64,000 bases of DNA from Candidatus Omnitrophota bacterium (GCA_050250375.1 JBFWOS010000001.1:830361-894360), one strand, 5' to 3'; numbered from the stretch's first letter, positions 1 through 10,253 are shown. Translations and numbers: made by a program. The notes: generated by a model from the letters alone, not told the origin.

Positions 1-555
1 ATCACGATCGCACGGGTCAATCAGACACTGCAGTTTCCGGCAAAATTCATATTGATTTCCGCGATGAATCCATGCATGTGCGGCCATTTGGGAAGCTCGC
101 GGATTCCGTGCCGATGCAGTTCCACCCAGATCCAGAAATACCGTTCACGAATATCCGGTCCATTGCTGGACAGGATTGATTTGCATATTGATGTCCCTGC
201 TGTCAATCATTCGGAATTAAACAATCCTGCCACTTCAGAAAAATCGGAACAAATCAAAGAAAGAGTCCTTAAAGCACGGACCATTCAAGCCCAACGCTTA
301 CCGGACGAACAGAATTCCGTTTTCAACGGACAAATGAACCACCGTCAAATCCGCCAATTCTGCGTTCTAGAAAAGGAAGAAACTGAATTGCTGAGGCAGG
401 CCATGATTCAATTGAATTTAAGCGCACGTGCTTATGATAAGATCTTGAAGATATCGAGGACTATTGCCGATCTGGACGGATCAGAGAGGATAAAGTTGGA
501 ACACCTGGCTGAAGCTATTCAATACAGGAGCTTAGACAGAAACTTTCTTTCTTAA
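1..555 (+). CDS. comM: Mg-chelatase-like AAA ATPase ComM/YifB, C-terminal part (5' end lies outside the window)
   Basis: Frame 1 is open from base 1. Motifs GPLLDRIDLHIDVP and LSARAYDKILKISRTIADLDGSE..EHLAEAIQYR are typical of the ComM/YifB C-terminus. Confidence 0.8.
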   Translation: MTIARVNQTLQFPAKFILISAMNPCMCGHLGSSRIPCRCSSTQIQKYRSRISGPLLDRIDLHIDVPAVNHSELNNPATSEKSEQIKERVLKARTIQAQRLPDEQNSVFNGQMNHRQIRQFCVLEKEETELLRQAMIQLNLSARAYDKILKISRTIADLDGSERIKLEHLAEAIQYRSLDRNFLS

Positions 556-578
556 ACAGTCCTAGGCCGATTAAACGA

Positions 579-797
579 TCAACCGTTTTCTTTAATGAGG
601 ATCGCTTTAAGCTTGGAGGATATCTTCACAAATGAATACCCAACAATGAACACGAACAAACCCACCGCAGAATCAAATATATCTTTGTTAATGACACCGA
701 CAAAAGCAATCAGCACGCCCAGAAAAACCGGCAAGATCCCGCTTCTGTAAGCGGTTTTACTTAGATTCTTTAGTTCTTTTTGATTTTCGTCTTTCAT
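579..797 (-). CDS. small two-TM membrane protein, hypothetical
   Basis: 72-aa ORF with two hydrophobic helices; AAGGAGG-like sequence upstream. No family recognised. Confidence 0.35.
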   Translation of the reverse strand: MKDENQKELKNLSKTAYRSGILPVFLGVLIAFVGVINKDIFDSAVGLFVFIVGYSFVKISSKLKAILIKENG

Positions 798-865
798 AAT
801 CCCCTCCTGTTCGTTTTAGTATATCACTATTTTTTTGCTTGAAAAGGGATAATAAAAGAACGGAT

Positions 866-1282
866 TTAGACGAAGGTGATGGAGTAATAAAAAAAACAAT
901 AGGCAAGAGAGATGCAAAAAACGATCTTGAACGTATTAAAAGCGATGCACAGTGCCGTTGATTTGATACACATGATTTTTCCGCGATAGATCAGGTTATG
1001 ATTTTTGACAATCACAAAAACACAGACCAAAATAATAAGAAGAAGCAGCAAATCAAGCATATATATTTCCTTGAGATTCATGTACCCAAGATCCACGACT
1101 GGAATAATATTGAGCATATAAGAGTACAAAAAAAATATTGTCCCGACAAAAATAAACGAGATGTTAATGATGTTCCGGATGGAAACTCTGGTTATGATCA
1201 TATCTGCATCATCCAAGTTGGAATTTAAATAATCATAGAAATATAACATATTTAAAGACATTTGACCAACGCGGCTTAACAT
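866..1282 (-). CDS. hypothetical very hydrophobic protein in an AT-rich islet
   Basis: ORF in an approximately 28-30% GC stretch (800-1330). The translation is dominated by I/L/F/Y/N and may be a spurious AT-rich ORF. Confidence 0.2.
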   Translation of the reverse strand: MLSRVGQMSLNMLYFYDYLNSNLDDADMIITRVSIRNIINISFIFVGTIFFLYSYMLNIIPVVDLGYMNLKEIYMLDLLLLLIILVCVFVIVKNHNLIYRGKIMCIKSTALCIAFNTFKIVFCISLAYCFFYYSITFV

Positions 1283-1368
1283 CTATAACCCATTGTTCTG
1301 CAACTACTTAAAATTTCCAAAGGCGTGCGATTTTGAAATTTCCTCAGTTGGTCCAAACGTCGGAAAAC

Positions 1369-2361
1369 CTAACCATCACCTTTAATCAAATGGACATCTC
1401 TCTGCGGGAAAGGAATGACGATCCCTGCCTGGTTAAAGGTATCAAAGATTTTCTTGTTCAGATCAAAAAGGACGTCCCAATAAACATCCTGACGGCACCA
1501 TACGCGGCCATGCAGATCGACACTCGAATCACCGAACGATTTAATCCCGACCGAGATTTTAACCGCCTGATTAATCCTGTCATCATTTTTGATAATTTCC
1601 TTTATAACATTAATGGCCTTCTGCACATCGGCTTTATAAGAAACGCCGACATTAATATCAATCCGTTTAAAGCTCGAGCAATTATGGATGATCTCCCCGA
1701 CGATGTGACTGTTAGGGATCATAATAAATTCCCCATCAACCGTCCGCAGCTCTGTCCGCGGTAATTTGATTTCCAAAACTTCTCCGGTCCGTCCGGCCAC
1801 CTCCACAATATCTCCGACTTTAAACGGTTTCGTGAAAATCAACGAAACGCCCGCCGCATAATTACCCAACGGTCCCTGAAGCGCAAAACTCAAACCGAAC
1901 CCGGCCACGCTCAACCCGGCAATTAAAGGGGCGATCTCGATCCCAAACTTACCCAAGGCCACAATGACCGCAAATATCATGACCAGCAGCTTTACGCATT
2001 GAGCGGCAAATTTTGATACTGTGATATCAAACTGTTTCTTCAAAAAGAAATCCAATAATTTCTTGGCAATAAACCCGCCAATAAACCAGCCAAGGGCCAG
2101 AACAATTAATCCCCCCATCACTTGAAAACTGTATTTCACAAAGAATTCGATGATGATATCAATTAATTTTTTAAACGTCGCCACCTGTTCAACGGCGACC
2201 TCTCCAAGATTTTGAGGAGGCTCTACCTGCTTAAATTTTATGATCGGTCCACCGGTATTTTCCGGGACATCCGCCGGCGTCTGGGCCGCTGCGAAGGGGG
2301 ACACAACCATGACCATCGCCCAGAACAAAAACACCCAAAGAACTGAAATTCTCTTAACCAT
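1369..2361 (-). CDS. mechanosensitive ion channel, MscS family
   Basis: N-terminal TM helices followed by the MscS beta-domain motif IFTKPFKVGDIVEVAGRTGEVLEIKLPRTELRTVDGEFIMIPNS. Confidence 0.8.
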   Translation of the reverse strand: MVKRISVLWVFLFWAMVMVVSPFAAAQTPADVPENTGGPIIKFKQVEPPQNLGEVAVEQVATFKKLIDIIIEFFVKYSFQVMGGLIVLALGWFIGGFIAKKLLDFFLKKQFDITVSKFAAQCVKLLVMIFAVIVALGKFGIEIAPLIAGLSVAGFGLSFALQGPLGNYAAGVSLIFTKPFKVGDIVEVAGRTGEVLEIKLPRTELRTVDGEFIMIPNSHIVGEIIHNCSSFKRIDINVGVSYKADVQKAINVIKEIIKNDDRINQAVKISVGIKSFGDSSVDLHGRVWCRQDVYWDVLFDLNKKIFDTFNQAGIVIPFPQRDVHLIKGDG

Positions 2362-2576
2362 ATTTTCTCCTTATCTTGGCTCCTACTTCTCGATATTCTA
2401 ATTGTTTGTTCCACAGCAATAGACAGAACCGACTGTTTATTTAACGTTGAACTTTAAACTTTTCAATCATCGCGATACTTACGAGTGAATTGTTGCCTAA
2501 AAGAACTGAAATGTTATAATTCTATCATAATTCAAAAAATTGAAAACTAATAATCCCTCTACGACAGGCTGTTTTC

Positions 2577-3278
2577 ATGATCACATTTGAACAATTATTC
2601 GGGATCCAAAAGGAAAAAATCAAGAAGACCTGCGTCTTGACACCATTCCTTTCTGACGAGTTGGTTCAATCCTTCGACCTAAAAGAATTCTTCCGAGGAA
2701 GCCCGTTTTCTTGCGGCCAATCGGAAGATATCAGTCTCATCCACACACAAATCGGCGCCCCTTTTGTTGGCGACGCAGTTCTATACCTCTCAGACACGCC
2801 TTGTGAAAACCTGATTTTTCTCGGTGCCTGCAGCGCTGTCAAACCGTCCGACCTTCACCTAGGCATGATCGTCATCCCCGGCCCAGTGGCCAATTGTGAA
2901 AGTTTCACGAGCCTATTGACCAGGCAAATAAACCATACGCCACTCATCACGGGCGACCAAACCTTGTTTGGAAAAATATTTGAGTTGGAGAACAGCTTGA
3001 CGAAAGTAACGTGCGCTTCATTCGGATCATTTAAGCTGGAAGAAACATATGGCGAATTCCTGCAACAAAATAATATTCAGGTCGTGGATATGGAGGTTTG
3101 CGCGTTTTATCATGCCGCCCGTCACATCGGACGAAAAGGTGCGGCGCTTCTTTATGTTTCCGAGATCATGGGAGAAAAACACGCCTTCGAACCGCTGACA
3201 CCGCCACAACAATCCTTAGTACAGATCAGCCGGCATAAATGCGCCCGGATCATCCGGCAACTCGCCATCAATCTCTAA
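2577..3278 (+). CDS. PNP/UDP-phosphorylase-family protein (MTA nucleosidase or futalosine hydrolase-like)
   Basis: About 230 aa with a glycine-rich IFLGACSAV motif and a VDMEVCAFYHAA motif resembling nucleoside phosphorylase/nucleosidase family 1. Confidence 0.45.
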   Translation: MITFEQLFGIQKEKIKKTCVLTPFLSDELVQSFDLKEFFRGSPFSCGQSEDISLIHTQIGAPFVGDAVLYLSDTPCENLIFLGACSAVKPSDLHLGMIVIPGPVANCESFTSLLTRQINHTPLITGDQTLFGKIFELENSLTKVTCASFGSFKLEETYGEFLQQNNIQVVDMEVCAFYHAARHIGRKGAALLYVSEIMGEKHAFEPLTPPQQSLVQISRHKCARIIRQLAINL

Positions 3279-3284
3279 GACCAG

Positions 3285-4442
3285 TTATGAAAAAACGACA
3301 ATACTATCCGTGAACCCATGCAGAAAATTTCTTCCCCCGACCGGACCGATTTCTCCGGCACAAAAAAAACCGGCAGCCGGAATCGGCCCAATATATTTCT
3401 GGATCAGTTTAATGTCATGATCGGGTTCTCCGAACAAACTTAACCCGCGTCCATTACAGGAAAAAACAAAGGCCCCCTGAGGCGTCGACGCCTTATTCTT
3501 CTCTTTATATACGGCCAACAGTTGATTCAAATCCTCCTCGGCAGTTTTAGCGTCCCGGATATGAATCTGAATCGTTTGCCCCGGATTAATTATATCGCCG
3601 ATCGCTACTGCGCCAGTTTCCTGGTCAACCCCAATAACGCTGCGGACAATAAAATCCCCCCGGTTAAAGCCGTGTTTATATTCATCCATCACGATGCCGA
3701 TTAAAAGAGCCTGTTGGACAAGCCTCCGTTCATTCTCGGATAACTTTACAAATATCTTGCGAAGAACATCCAAAAAAGGCTCTCCGGCGATTTCATAGAT
3801 AATATTATTTTCCGCCTTGGTCACAATATAACTTTCCCCGATCGGTTTGCACCCTTGTGAAACAATAGTATCAATCTTTATATCACCGGTCATCACCATG
3901 CCGATAATTCCATGATTATAGGACTGTCCGTTGAGCATCAGAAGGTTTCCGTTGGCTGATGCCGATCCGCTGGCCAGTCCGCCGACAACCGGCGAGGCCC
4001 CGTAAGCATTGTTCATGCCCAGGATGAACCGGTTCAGGTCCACCCGGAAAGGATCAGGAAAAATCATGAACACCGGATTTTCATTCGGATATATTTCAAA
4101 AAGCTCATAAAAATCTTCATCCAGAAAAAGATTCTCGATATGTTCCTGATCGATATAGAATGGTTTGATCTTTACCTTCGGCAGTTTAGCCAAAAACAAA
4201 GAAGCGGCGGTCTGGTTTTCAAGCTCAGCCTGACTGCCGATAATTCCGGCACAAGTACAGGCCAAAAAATTCTGAATCTTAACTTTCTCCTGAATTCCCT
4301 GGACGATGATCTGAATATGACTTTCCTGGTGGGGCGTAATAAACAAAACCCCCATATCAAAATCACTTCCGCAACGCCCTGTCAATTGATGGATCATCTG
4401 CTGCGGATCGTTTGACGTAGAAAGGGTTGATTTAAATTCCAT
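3285..4442 (-). CDS. FIST N/C domain sensor protein
   Basis: C-terminus GFFCAGEIGPVGGRNFLHGFT is the characteristic end of the FIST_C domain. Start assigned to MEFKSTLS. Confidence 0.55.
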   Translation of the reverse strand: MEFKSTLSTSNDPQQMIHQLTGRCGSDFDMGVLFITPHQESHIQIIVQGIQEKVKIQNFLACTCAGIIGSQAELENQTAASLFLAKLPKVKIKPFYIDQEHIENLFLDEDFYELFEIYPNENPVFMIFPDPFRVDLNRFILGMNNAYGASPVVGGLASGSASANGNLLMLNGQSYNHGIIGMVMTGDIKIDTIVSQGCKPIGESYIVTKAENNIIYEIAGEPFLDVLRKIFVKLSENERRLVQQALLIGIVMDEYKHGFNRGDFIVRSVIGVDQETGAVAIGDIINPGQTIQIHIRDAKTAEEDLNQLLAVYKEKNKASTPQGAFVFSCNGRGLSLFGEPDHDIKLIQKYIGPIPAAGFFCAGEIGPVGGRNFLHGFTDSIVVFS

Positions 4443-4562
4443 AATTGTTCTTTCTTGGTTGAAGTCTCGACATAATAATTTTTGACATTCTGACCATTTC
4501 CTCCTGTAACAGCCTTGTTCGCGCAAACGATCCAGCCGTCTTGAAAATGGTTAGCTTTTTCA

Positions 4563-5645
4563 TTATAACTCATCCAGGTCTTTGAGGGTGGCGGATGTAG
4601 AAAATAATTTAGTATTCCTTAAATATTTGATCTCGATTCGGTCGCCGTTTTTCTTGGTCTTTTCAATGTATTCAATCAAATCCTCATTATTGTTAACCGG
4701 ATGGTCATCAAGCTTCGTTATGATATCGCCATAAATGATCCCACCGAAGATTCCGCCTTCCCGTTGTGTCGGTGCAAGCCCTGCCTTATCAGCCGGACCA
4801 CCCGGTAAAATATTCAAGATCATGGCGCCATCAACCCCCAGCCGTCGGCGGATATTATCCGGAACAAGAACGATCCCCAGCCCGACTTTTTTAACCTTCC
4901 CGTATTTGATCAGTTGCGGGACGACCCGTTTAACCGTATCCACCGGGATTGCAAAGCCGACGCCGGCCGAAGCCCCGGACGGGCTGTATATAGCGGTCGT
5001 CACTCCGATCAACTGCCCGCCTGAATCCAGCAGCGGCCCTCCCGAACTTCCGGGATTAATCGCCGCATCCGTCTGGATGGCATCGTAAATCCGTGTCCCG
5101 GTCATGGCCTGGATCGAACGTCCGAGGGCGCTGACGACACCGGTCGTCAAAGAATAGTCCAGGCCAAAAGGATTGCCGATGGATAAAACCTTCTGTCCAA
5201 CTTTAAGATGCTTTGATTCCCCCAGCGGAATGGCTTTTAAAATATCCTTCGGAGCATCCACCTTTAACACCGCCAGATCATGATCGGGAGAATACCCGAC
5301 AATCTTGGCATTATAAGTTTTCTGGTCGGAAAGGGTGACATCAATTTTATCGGCCCGGTATAAGACATGAAAATTGGTCACGATATGGCCATCCTTGTCC
5401 CAGACAAAACCCGAGCCCGCGCCGCGCGGCACCTCATAAAACTCCGCGGAAAACCAGTCAACCTGCAAAGCTGCGTTCTTGATAAAAGCCACCGAGGGGG
5501 ATACGGATTCAAAAATAGCGATATTCATTTCTTCATCGCTTTTGATGACAGTCTTGAACCCGCGAGGATCCGGAGATTTTTCACAGGCGGCCGCCAATAA
5601 AATAACTCCGATCAGTAATAAATAGGGAAATTTAAAAATGCACAT
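4563..5645 (-). CDS. HtrA/DegP-family serine protease with C-terminal PDZ domain, lipoprotein-type signal
   Basis: His motif TNFHV and Ser motif GSSGGPLL of the trypsin-like fold, a PDZ segment (GAMILNILPGGPADKAGL), and an N-terminal LLAAAC lipobox. Confidence 0.8.
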   Translation of the reverse strand: MCIFKFPYLLLIGVILLAAACEKSPDPRGFKTVIKSDEEMNIAIFESVSPSVAFIKNAALQVDWFSAEFYEVPRGAGSGFVWDKDGHIVTNFHVLYRADKIDVTLSDQKTYNAKIVGYSPDHDLAVLKVDAPKDILKAIPLGESKHLKVGQKVLSIGNPFGLDYSLTTGVVSALGRSIQAMTGTRIYDAIQTDAAINPGSSGGPLLDSGGQLIGVTTAIYSPSGASAGVGFAIPVDTVKRVVPQLIKYGKVKKVGLGIVLVPDNIRRRLGVDGAMILNILPGGPADKAGLAPTQREGGIFGGIIYGDIITKLDDHPVNNNEDLIEYIEKTKKNGDRIEIKYLRNTKLFSTSATLKDLDEL

Positions 5646-5725
5646 GTGAAACACCGTTTTTATTCGTTTCTTGCCTTCTTGTTTATATACCGAATAACTT
5701 ATCTTTGTCAACTCATCCGACGAGC

Positions 5726-6859
5726 TTAACTTAAGAGCATCTTAGTAAGATAACTTTCGTAGATTTTGTAGAATGTGACCATCGATTCGATATTAATCCA
5801 CTCATCAACCGTATGTAAATTTCCAACCAACGGCCTTGAGATCATAACCGGTATGCCGTGCGTCGATAAAAAGCGGGCGTCGCTCCCGCCATCATCCCTT
5901 GCAAGGACGGTCGACTGGCCAGTCACTTCCTGGATAGTCTTCTGATACTCTATGTCCGGCGAAAGACTGGTCGGATCGGCGCTGATGATGACGTCCATCC
6001 GGACATCTTCGCCTAATATTTCCTTAATATGTTTCTTCATTTTCCTCACTGTATAAGGCGAAGGAAACCGGACATCCAGCGTCGCGCTGGCATCACAGGG
6101 TATCCGGTTAATCTGTTTATTTTCCGTCCCCATCATAGTGACCGCACACGTCGGATACCACCGGTCATCCTGATCATGATTTTCCTGCATGACTTTAAAG
6201 GACGCTTTCAGATACGACAATTTATCCATGATATGTTCAATAGGGTTAAGCCCCTGCCACGGTCTGGCGGAATGGGCTGATTTCCCTTCACAGAATACCT
6301 TTATATGAAGAATCCCTTTCTCCTCAACGGTAACCTGGTTCAGAGAACCGCCGTCCGGAATCATCGCCTTGTGCGCACGCAGCCCTTTCTTACCGACCAA
6401 AAAACCGATACCCGACTCACCCCCGGTCTCCTCATCTGAGGTAATGGCAATCGCTAACGATGCTTTTTGGGATCGCGTGTTTATTAATCGGAAAATTTCC
6501 AGCAAGATGGCGACGGCCCCTTTCATATCCCCTGATCCCGGCCCGTAAATGCGGCCGTTTTCTATATGGGAACGGTAGCAGGAAACATCCTCATGTTCGA
6601 TGACATCAATATGCCCGCACATCAATATCTTTGGCTTTTTAATCCCTTTCGTCATCGCGACCAATGACGGGATACCGTTATCTTCATATTCAGTGACTTC
6701 CAGATGATCCAGAGAATCAAGGTGATTTTTGATGACTTCAAATGCCCTGCGCCTGTCTTCGGGTCTTGACGGGATGCTCGGGATCAACATTAAGTCCCTG
6801 GTCAGGGCGACCAAACGGTCTTCTAAAGAATTGTGACTGCTGGTTTTAATCACGGTCAT
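5726..6859 (-). CDS. M20-family metallopeptidase (ArgE/DapE-like deacylase)
   Basis: MCGHIDVIEHED and GPGSGDMKGAVAI metal-binding motifs of the M20 family. Start assigned to MTVIK to limit overlap with the upstream gene. Confidence 0.7.
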   Translation of the reverse strand: MTVIKTSSHNSLEDRLVALTRDLMLIPSIPSRPEDRRRAFEVIKNHLDSLDHLEVTEYEDNGIPSLVAMTKGIKKPKILMCGHIDVIEHEDVSCYRSHIENGRIYGPGSGDMKGAVAILLEIFRLINTRSQKASLAIAITSDEETGGESGIGFLVGKKGLRAHKAMIPDGGSLNQVTVEEKGILHIKVFCEGKSAHSARPWQGLNPIEHIMDKLSYLKASFKVMQENHDQDDRWYPTCAVTMMGTENKQINRIPCDASATLDVRFPSPYTVRKMKKHIKEILGEDVRMDVIISADPTSLSPDIEYQKTIQEVTGQSTVLARDDGGSDARFLSTHGIPVMISRPLVGNLHTVDEWINIESMVTFYKIYESYLTKMLLS

Positions 6860-8237
6860 ACACTCCTTTAATGGTCTCAATCTCCTGCAAACGTTTAAGC
6901 AAACTAAAAACATCATTCACACCGGGGCCTAAAAATAAAAACTGCCCTTTGACTATTTTCCCAGCTTCATTGGGGTTAAAATTAAAAGGTAAAATCCCCC
7001 CGGACATACCGGGCCGGAAAAGCAATTCCTGCCGGTCGAGAACATCCAGCAGATTATCCGTCTCATAAGAAGGATCGAAACGGATATTGCGCATAAGCCA
7101 GGCCCCCTTCGGCAAAAATGTCCTGGCCAAAATGGCCGGATAGGTAGCTCCGGTCACCCGGGCATTAATCTCACAGATTCTGACTTCTGTCCGTTTGTTA
7201 TGAACAATCACATGAAAATCGATGCTGCCGGTTCCGCGGTAACCCTGATCATATAACCACTGCCCGGCAACTGCAGCCTGGTCAAACAATTCCTGCCGGC
7301 AATCACAGCCTCCGGTAAGAAATACCGGTGGGGCCACATTCCCTTCGTGGATACTGTCCGGACTTAGAATCTGATCCGTCAGGTCATACAAATGAACTCT
7401 CTGCTCATCCACAAAAAGCTGAATACTGGGCGAACCAATATATCGCACCCCTTCAACCGTTTCATCCAGCCAGCCCTGGACAAGGACCTTACCTTCAAAA
7501 AGCAGATATTCCGGAATTGTTAAATCGTCAAATGGCTCATCCAGGGATAATTTCTGCATCCCGATTCCGGATGCCCCGATGGGGGCCTTAACAACAACAT
7601 GATGATACCCTTTAGCTTTAAAATCACGCATACATTTCTTAATGTCCGCCACAGAATCGGTTTCGTAAGAATCAAAAACATTAAATTTGGTTGTCTTCAA
7701 AAACTGATGAAGCAATAATTTGTTGTTTCCGTTCCGGCAGCCTTTTTTTGTCCCAACTGTTTTCTTCCCAAGCAGTTGTGCTAAGTTTACCAGCGCGTCA
7801 TCAACAATATAACCGTCCAGGCAATCAACATCTATCTGCCTGAGCCAATCAATTAACTCCTGGGATCTTCCTGAATAATGGTCTTTTTTCTCGGAGAATG
7901 TTTTATAAACATCAAACGGAACTACCCGAACCTGGGGCAAGGTCAGTTCAAGATCCTGCCTGAAATATTCGATTAATTGGTTATCCGGAGGGACTTCCAG
8001 AAGAAGGACATTTTTTTTGCCATGAAACATCAGATTGATCAGGGGAATAAGACGGCTACCGTAGGTTTCCAAAGCGCCGACTTCTTTTTTTAAGACCTCG
8101 GTCTCTGAAATATTTCCGTAGAACAACGACAGGATATTGGCAAAAAATGCTACGGACCGGTTCCAGAACGGCGGAATCTGACCCGGGATTTGATTGACTC
8201 CTTTAGACATTGTTCTTCCCTTCGCAAAAAGACACAT
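6846..8237 (-). CDS. ATP-grasp enzyme with an N-terminal pre-ATP-grasp-like domain (candidate peptide/amide ligase)
   Basis: C-terminal GTGSIDFHVIVHNKRTEVRICEINARVTGATYPA resembles ATP-grasp metal/ATP-binding loops, and KAPIGASGIGMQK resembles a P-loop-like segment. Overlaps the M20 gene by 14 nt. Confidence 0.55.
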   Translation of the reverse strand: MCLFAKGRTMSKGVNQIPGQIPPFWNRSVAFFANILSLFYGNISETEVLKKEVGALETYGSRLIPLINLMFHGKKNVLLLEVPPDNQLIEYFRQDLELTLPQVRVVPFDVYKTFSEKKDHYSGRSQELIDWLRQIDVDCLDGYIVDDALVNLAQLLGKKTVGTKKGCRNGNNKLLLHQFLKTTKFNVFDSYETDSVADIKKCMRDFKAKGYHHVVVKAPIGASGIGMQKLSLDEPFDDLTIPEYLLFEGKVLVQGWLDETVEGVRYIGSPSIQLFVDEQRVHLYDLTDQILSPDSIHEGNVAPPVFLTGGCDCRQELFDQAAVAGQWLYDQGYRGTGSIDFHVIVHNKRTEVRICEINARVTGATYPAILARTFLPKGAWLMRNIRFDPSYETDNLLDVLDRQELLFRPGMSGGILPFNFNPNEAGKIVKGQFLFLGPGVNDVFSLLKRLQEIETIKGVYDRD

Positions 8238-8302
8238 TTTTTATCTATTTTAGCGAAGATTGGGTTTTAAAGGGACAATTTTTAGAATTTTATTCGGAAA
8301 GA

Positions 8303-8686
8303 TTAATTTAAGTAATGCGGAGGAATGACCTTACGGCTGTTATACCCTTCATCAATGCTGTGAAAAAAGCGGATATCTTGTTCATCCGAGCGCCAGCAGA
8401 GGAAAACGGGATGCCCGTCAATCATACCCGGGAAGTCAACCAGACCGACCTCAAAATTCCAGTCTTTGTAAAAACAACCCAGCGCCTCCAGCTCCTTCAT
8501 CAAATCCTGGATCTCAGACTGAATTTCAAGACCATAGGCTGAAAGTTCGGTTCCGGCCGGAGACTGGGCAATGATGTCTTTTAACTGCTGCCCTTTAACA
8601 AGAATGTCCTCGACAATCTGCTTAACCAGCGGAAGCCGTTTGTTCGCCTCTTGCGGCGTAAATTGTTTTTTATAAACATCTGGCAT
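8303..8686 (-). CDS. DUF2203-like conserved hypothetical protein
   Basis: 127 aa. The pattern GCFYKDWNFEVGLVDFPG..GHPVFLCWRSDE..FFHS recalls the DUF2203 family. Confidence 0.4.
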   Translation of the reverse strand: MPDVYKKQFTPQEANKRLPLVKQIVEDILVKGQQLKDIIAQSPAGTELSAYGLEIQSEIQDLMKELEALGCFYKDWNFEVGLVDFPGMIDGHPVFLCWRSDEQDIRFFHSIDEGYNSRKVIPPHYLN

Positions 8687-8748
8687 TGGATTTCCTCTAG
8701 CTAAAGTATAGCTGTTAATTTTACGCTAGACAAGTTCAACGCTAAAAA

Positions 8749-10227
8749 TTATTCATCCAATTGCATAATCGGAGCAAAATATCCCTTCTCAGTCCTTGTC
8801 CAATACTCATGATTTTTCTGGAATAGATATTTTGATGTGAACTCATAGTCAAAAATCTTCGCGCGGATGTATGTGGGCGGGACCCCAAAAAACGGATCTA
8901 CGAAAAACAAATCCAAGACCTTTCTTTCTCCTTCAAGCAGTCTTTTGAGGAGGGTGGAAAACCAGGGGGTATACCTATAATCGGGCATCAGGGCCGCAAA
9001 CCACATCTGCCAGTCAAGCCGCGGCTGGTGAGGAGCGACCTGAAAAGGGGCCCGAAATACATTCCCGGGCTTATATTTAAACTCATATGTTTTCCAATTA
9101 TATCCGTCGTTACTTCCTTCGATGATAATTTCCGTGCGCTGTGTAGTCATCGTGGCAAACAAGCCGTAACTATTGTTGATCAAATACGGACGGAACGTTT
9201 TCATAACATTATCGACTCCTTTAGGGAGATTGGACTTCATGCCGACAAAGTTCAAAAACGTCATGGAAATGAGAATACCGACTACCGCCTGACAAAATAT
9301 GTCCTTAATCCGGGTCAGTTGCGTATCCTTGAATTTAAATTGTTGCGGCATCTGTCCCCACGAGGCAAAGGCCCTGTCATAAATCTTCTTGCGGAAATGT
9401 AAATCATCAATCAACAAAAAGCATAACGCAATCGTTATTAAATTAAAAAAACCATAGTTTCCGGTCAGCATAATAACCGCCTGCAATAACATAATTGCTG
9501 CGCTGGACCACAGCCTGATTTGACGGTCCATAAAAATGCCGAGGGGTACCCCCAGTTCAATGACAAACATGAACAAACAAGCGACCTCATGAAAATAATA
9601 CGGCTGCTGGCTCATATACCAGCTGATCAGATTCGGAAGCGGCTGTGTGTAATAATGATAGGATAATGCCGTCAGGTTAAGCCAGTTTTCATCCCCGCTA
9701 ATTACTTTAACCAGACCGGACTGAAAGACCAGTTTAAACAAAAGCAGCCGGAAGGCAAACATGACCCAGCGTGGCGGAGGTTCTTCAAACGTATTCAATT
9801 CCTTGGACCAGGGGGCTAGAAAAATACTCAGAAACCCGGCTTCCAGAAGCAATATATCCCATTGAAAACTTAAGAACGTTTGGCCGACATGGACGACTGA
9901 AAGGTAAAAAATCCAGAGAAAAAATAAACATACGGCCGGATAAAAACCGGCCGTCACCAAACCGGAAAGTAACATGCCGATAAAACAGACGGTGACCAGC
10001 ACCCAATCACTGTGATTAAACCAGAAAATCGTAGGCAGCCCGAAGAAATTTTTGTACCCGTAATATTCTTCCGCGGCCTGAAGATACTCGCCGACCGGAA
10101 GAATGCCACGACTGCCGATCAGCCCTTCAATCTGCACCCATATGGACGCGAAGGCAATAAAATAAATAATCCCCAAGAACCGGATAAAAAAACGCCGGGC
10201 AATAAAATATGTATTGGTTTGATCCAT
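8749..10227 (-). CDS. lipase maturation factor (LMF1/HTTM-like) family polytopic membrane protein
   Basis: N-terminal FFIRFLGIIYFIAFASIWVQIEGLIGSRGILP plus multiple TM helices and a large C-terminal domain typical of the LMF family. Confidence 0.45.
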   Translation of the reverse strand: MDQTNTYFIARRFFIRFLGIIYFIAFASIWVQIEGLIGSRGILPVGEYLQAAEEYYGYKNFFGLPTIFWFNHSDWVLVTVCFIGMLLSGLVTAGFYPAVCLFFLWIFYLSVVHVGQTFLSFQWDILLLEAGFLSIFLAPWSKELNTFEEPPPRWVMFAFRLLLFKLVFQSGLVKVISGDENWLNLTALSYHYYTQPLPNLISWYMSQQPYYFHEVACLFMFVIELGVPLGIFMDRQIRLWSSAAIMLLQAVIMLTGNYGFFNLITIALCFLLIDDLHFRKKIYDRAFASWGQMPQQFKFKDTQLTRIKDIFCQAVVGILISMTFLNFVGMKSNLPKGVDNVMKTFRPYLINNSYGLFATMTTQRTEIIIEGSNDGYNWKTYEFKYKPGNVFRAPFQVAPHQPRLDWQMWFAALMPDYRYTPWFSTLLKRLLEGERKVLDLFFVDPFFGVPPTYIRAKIFDYEFTSKYLFQKNHEYWTRTEKGYFAPIMQLDE

Positions 10228-10253
10228 AGTCTACTTAACGTATCTTAAGCAAC

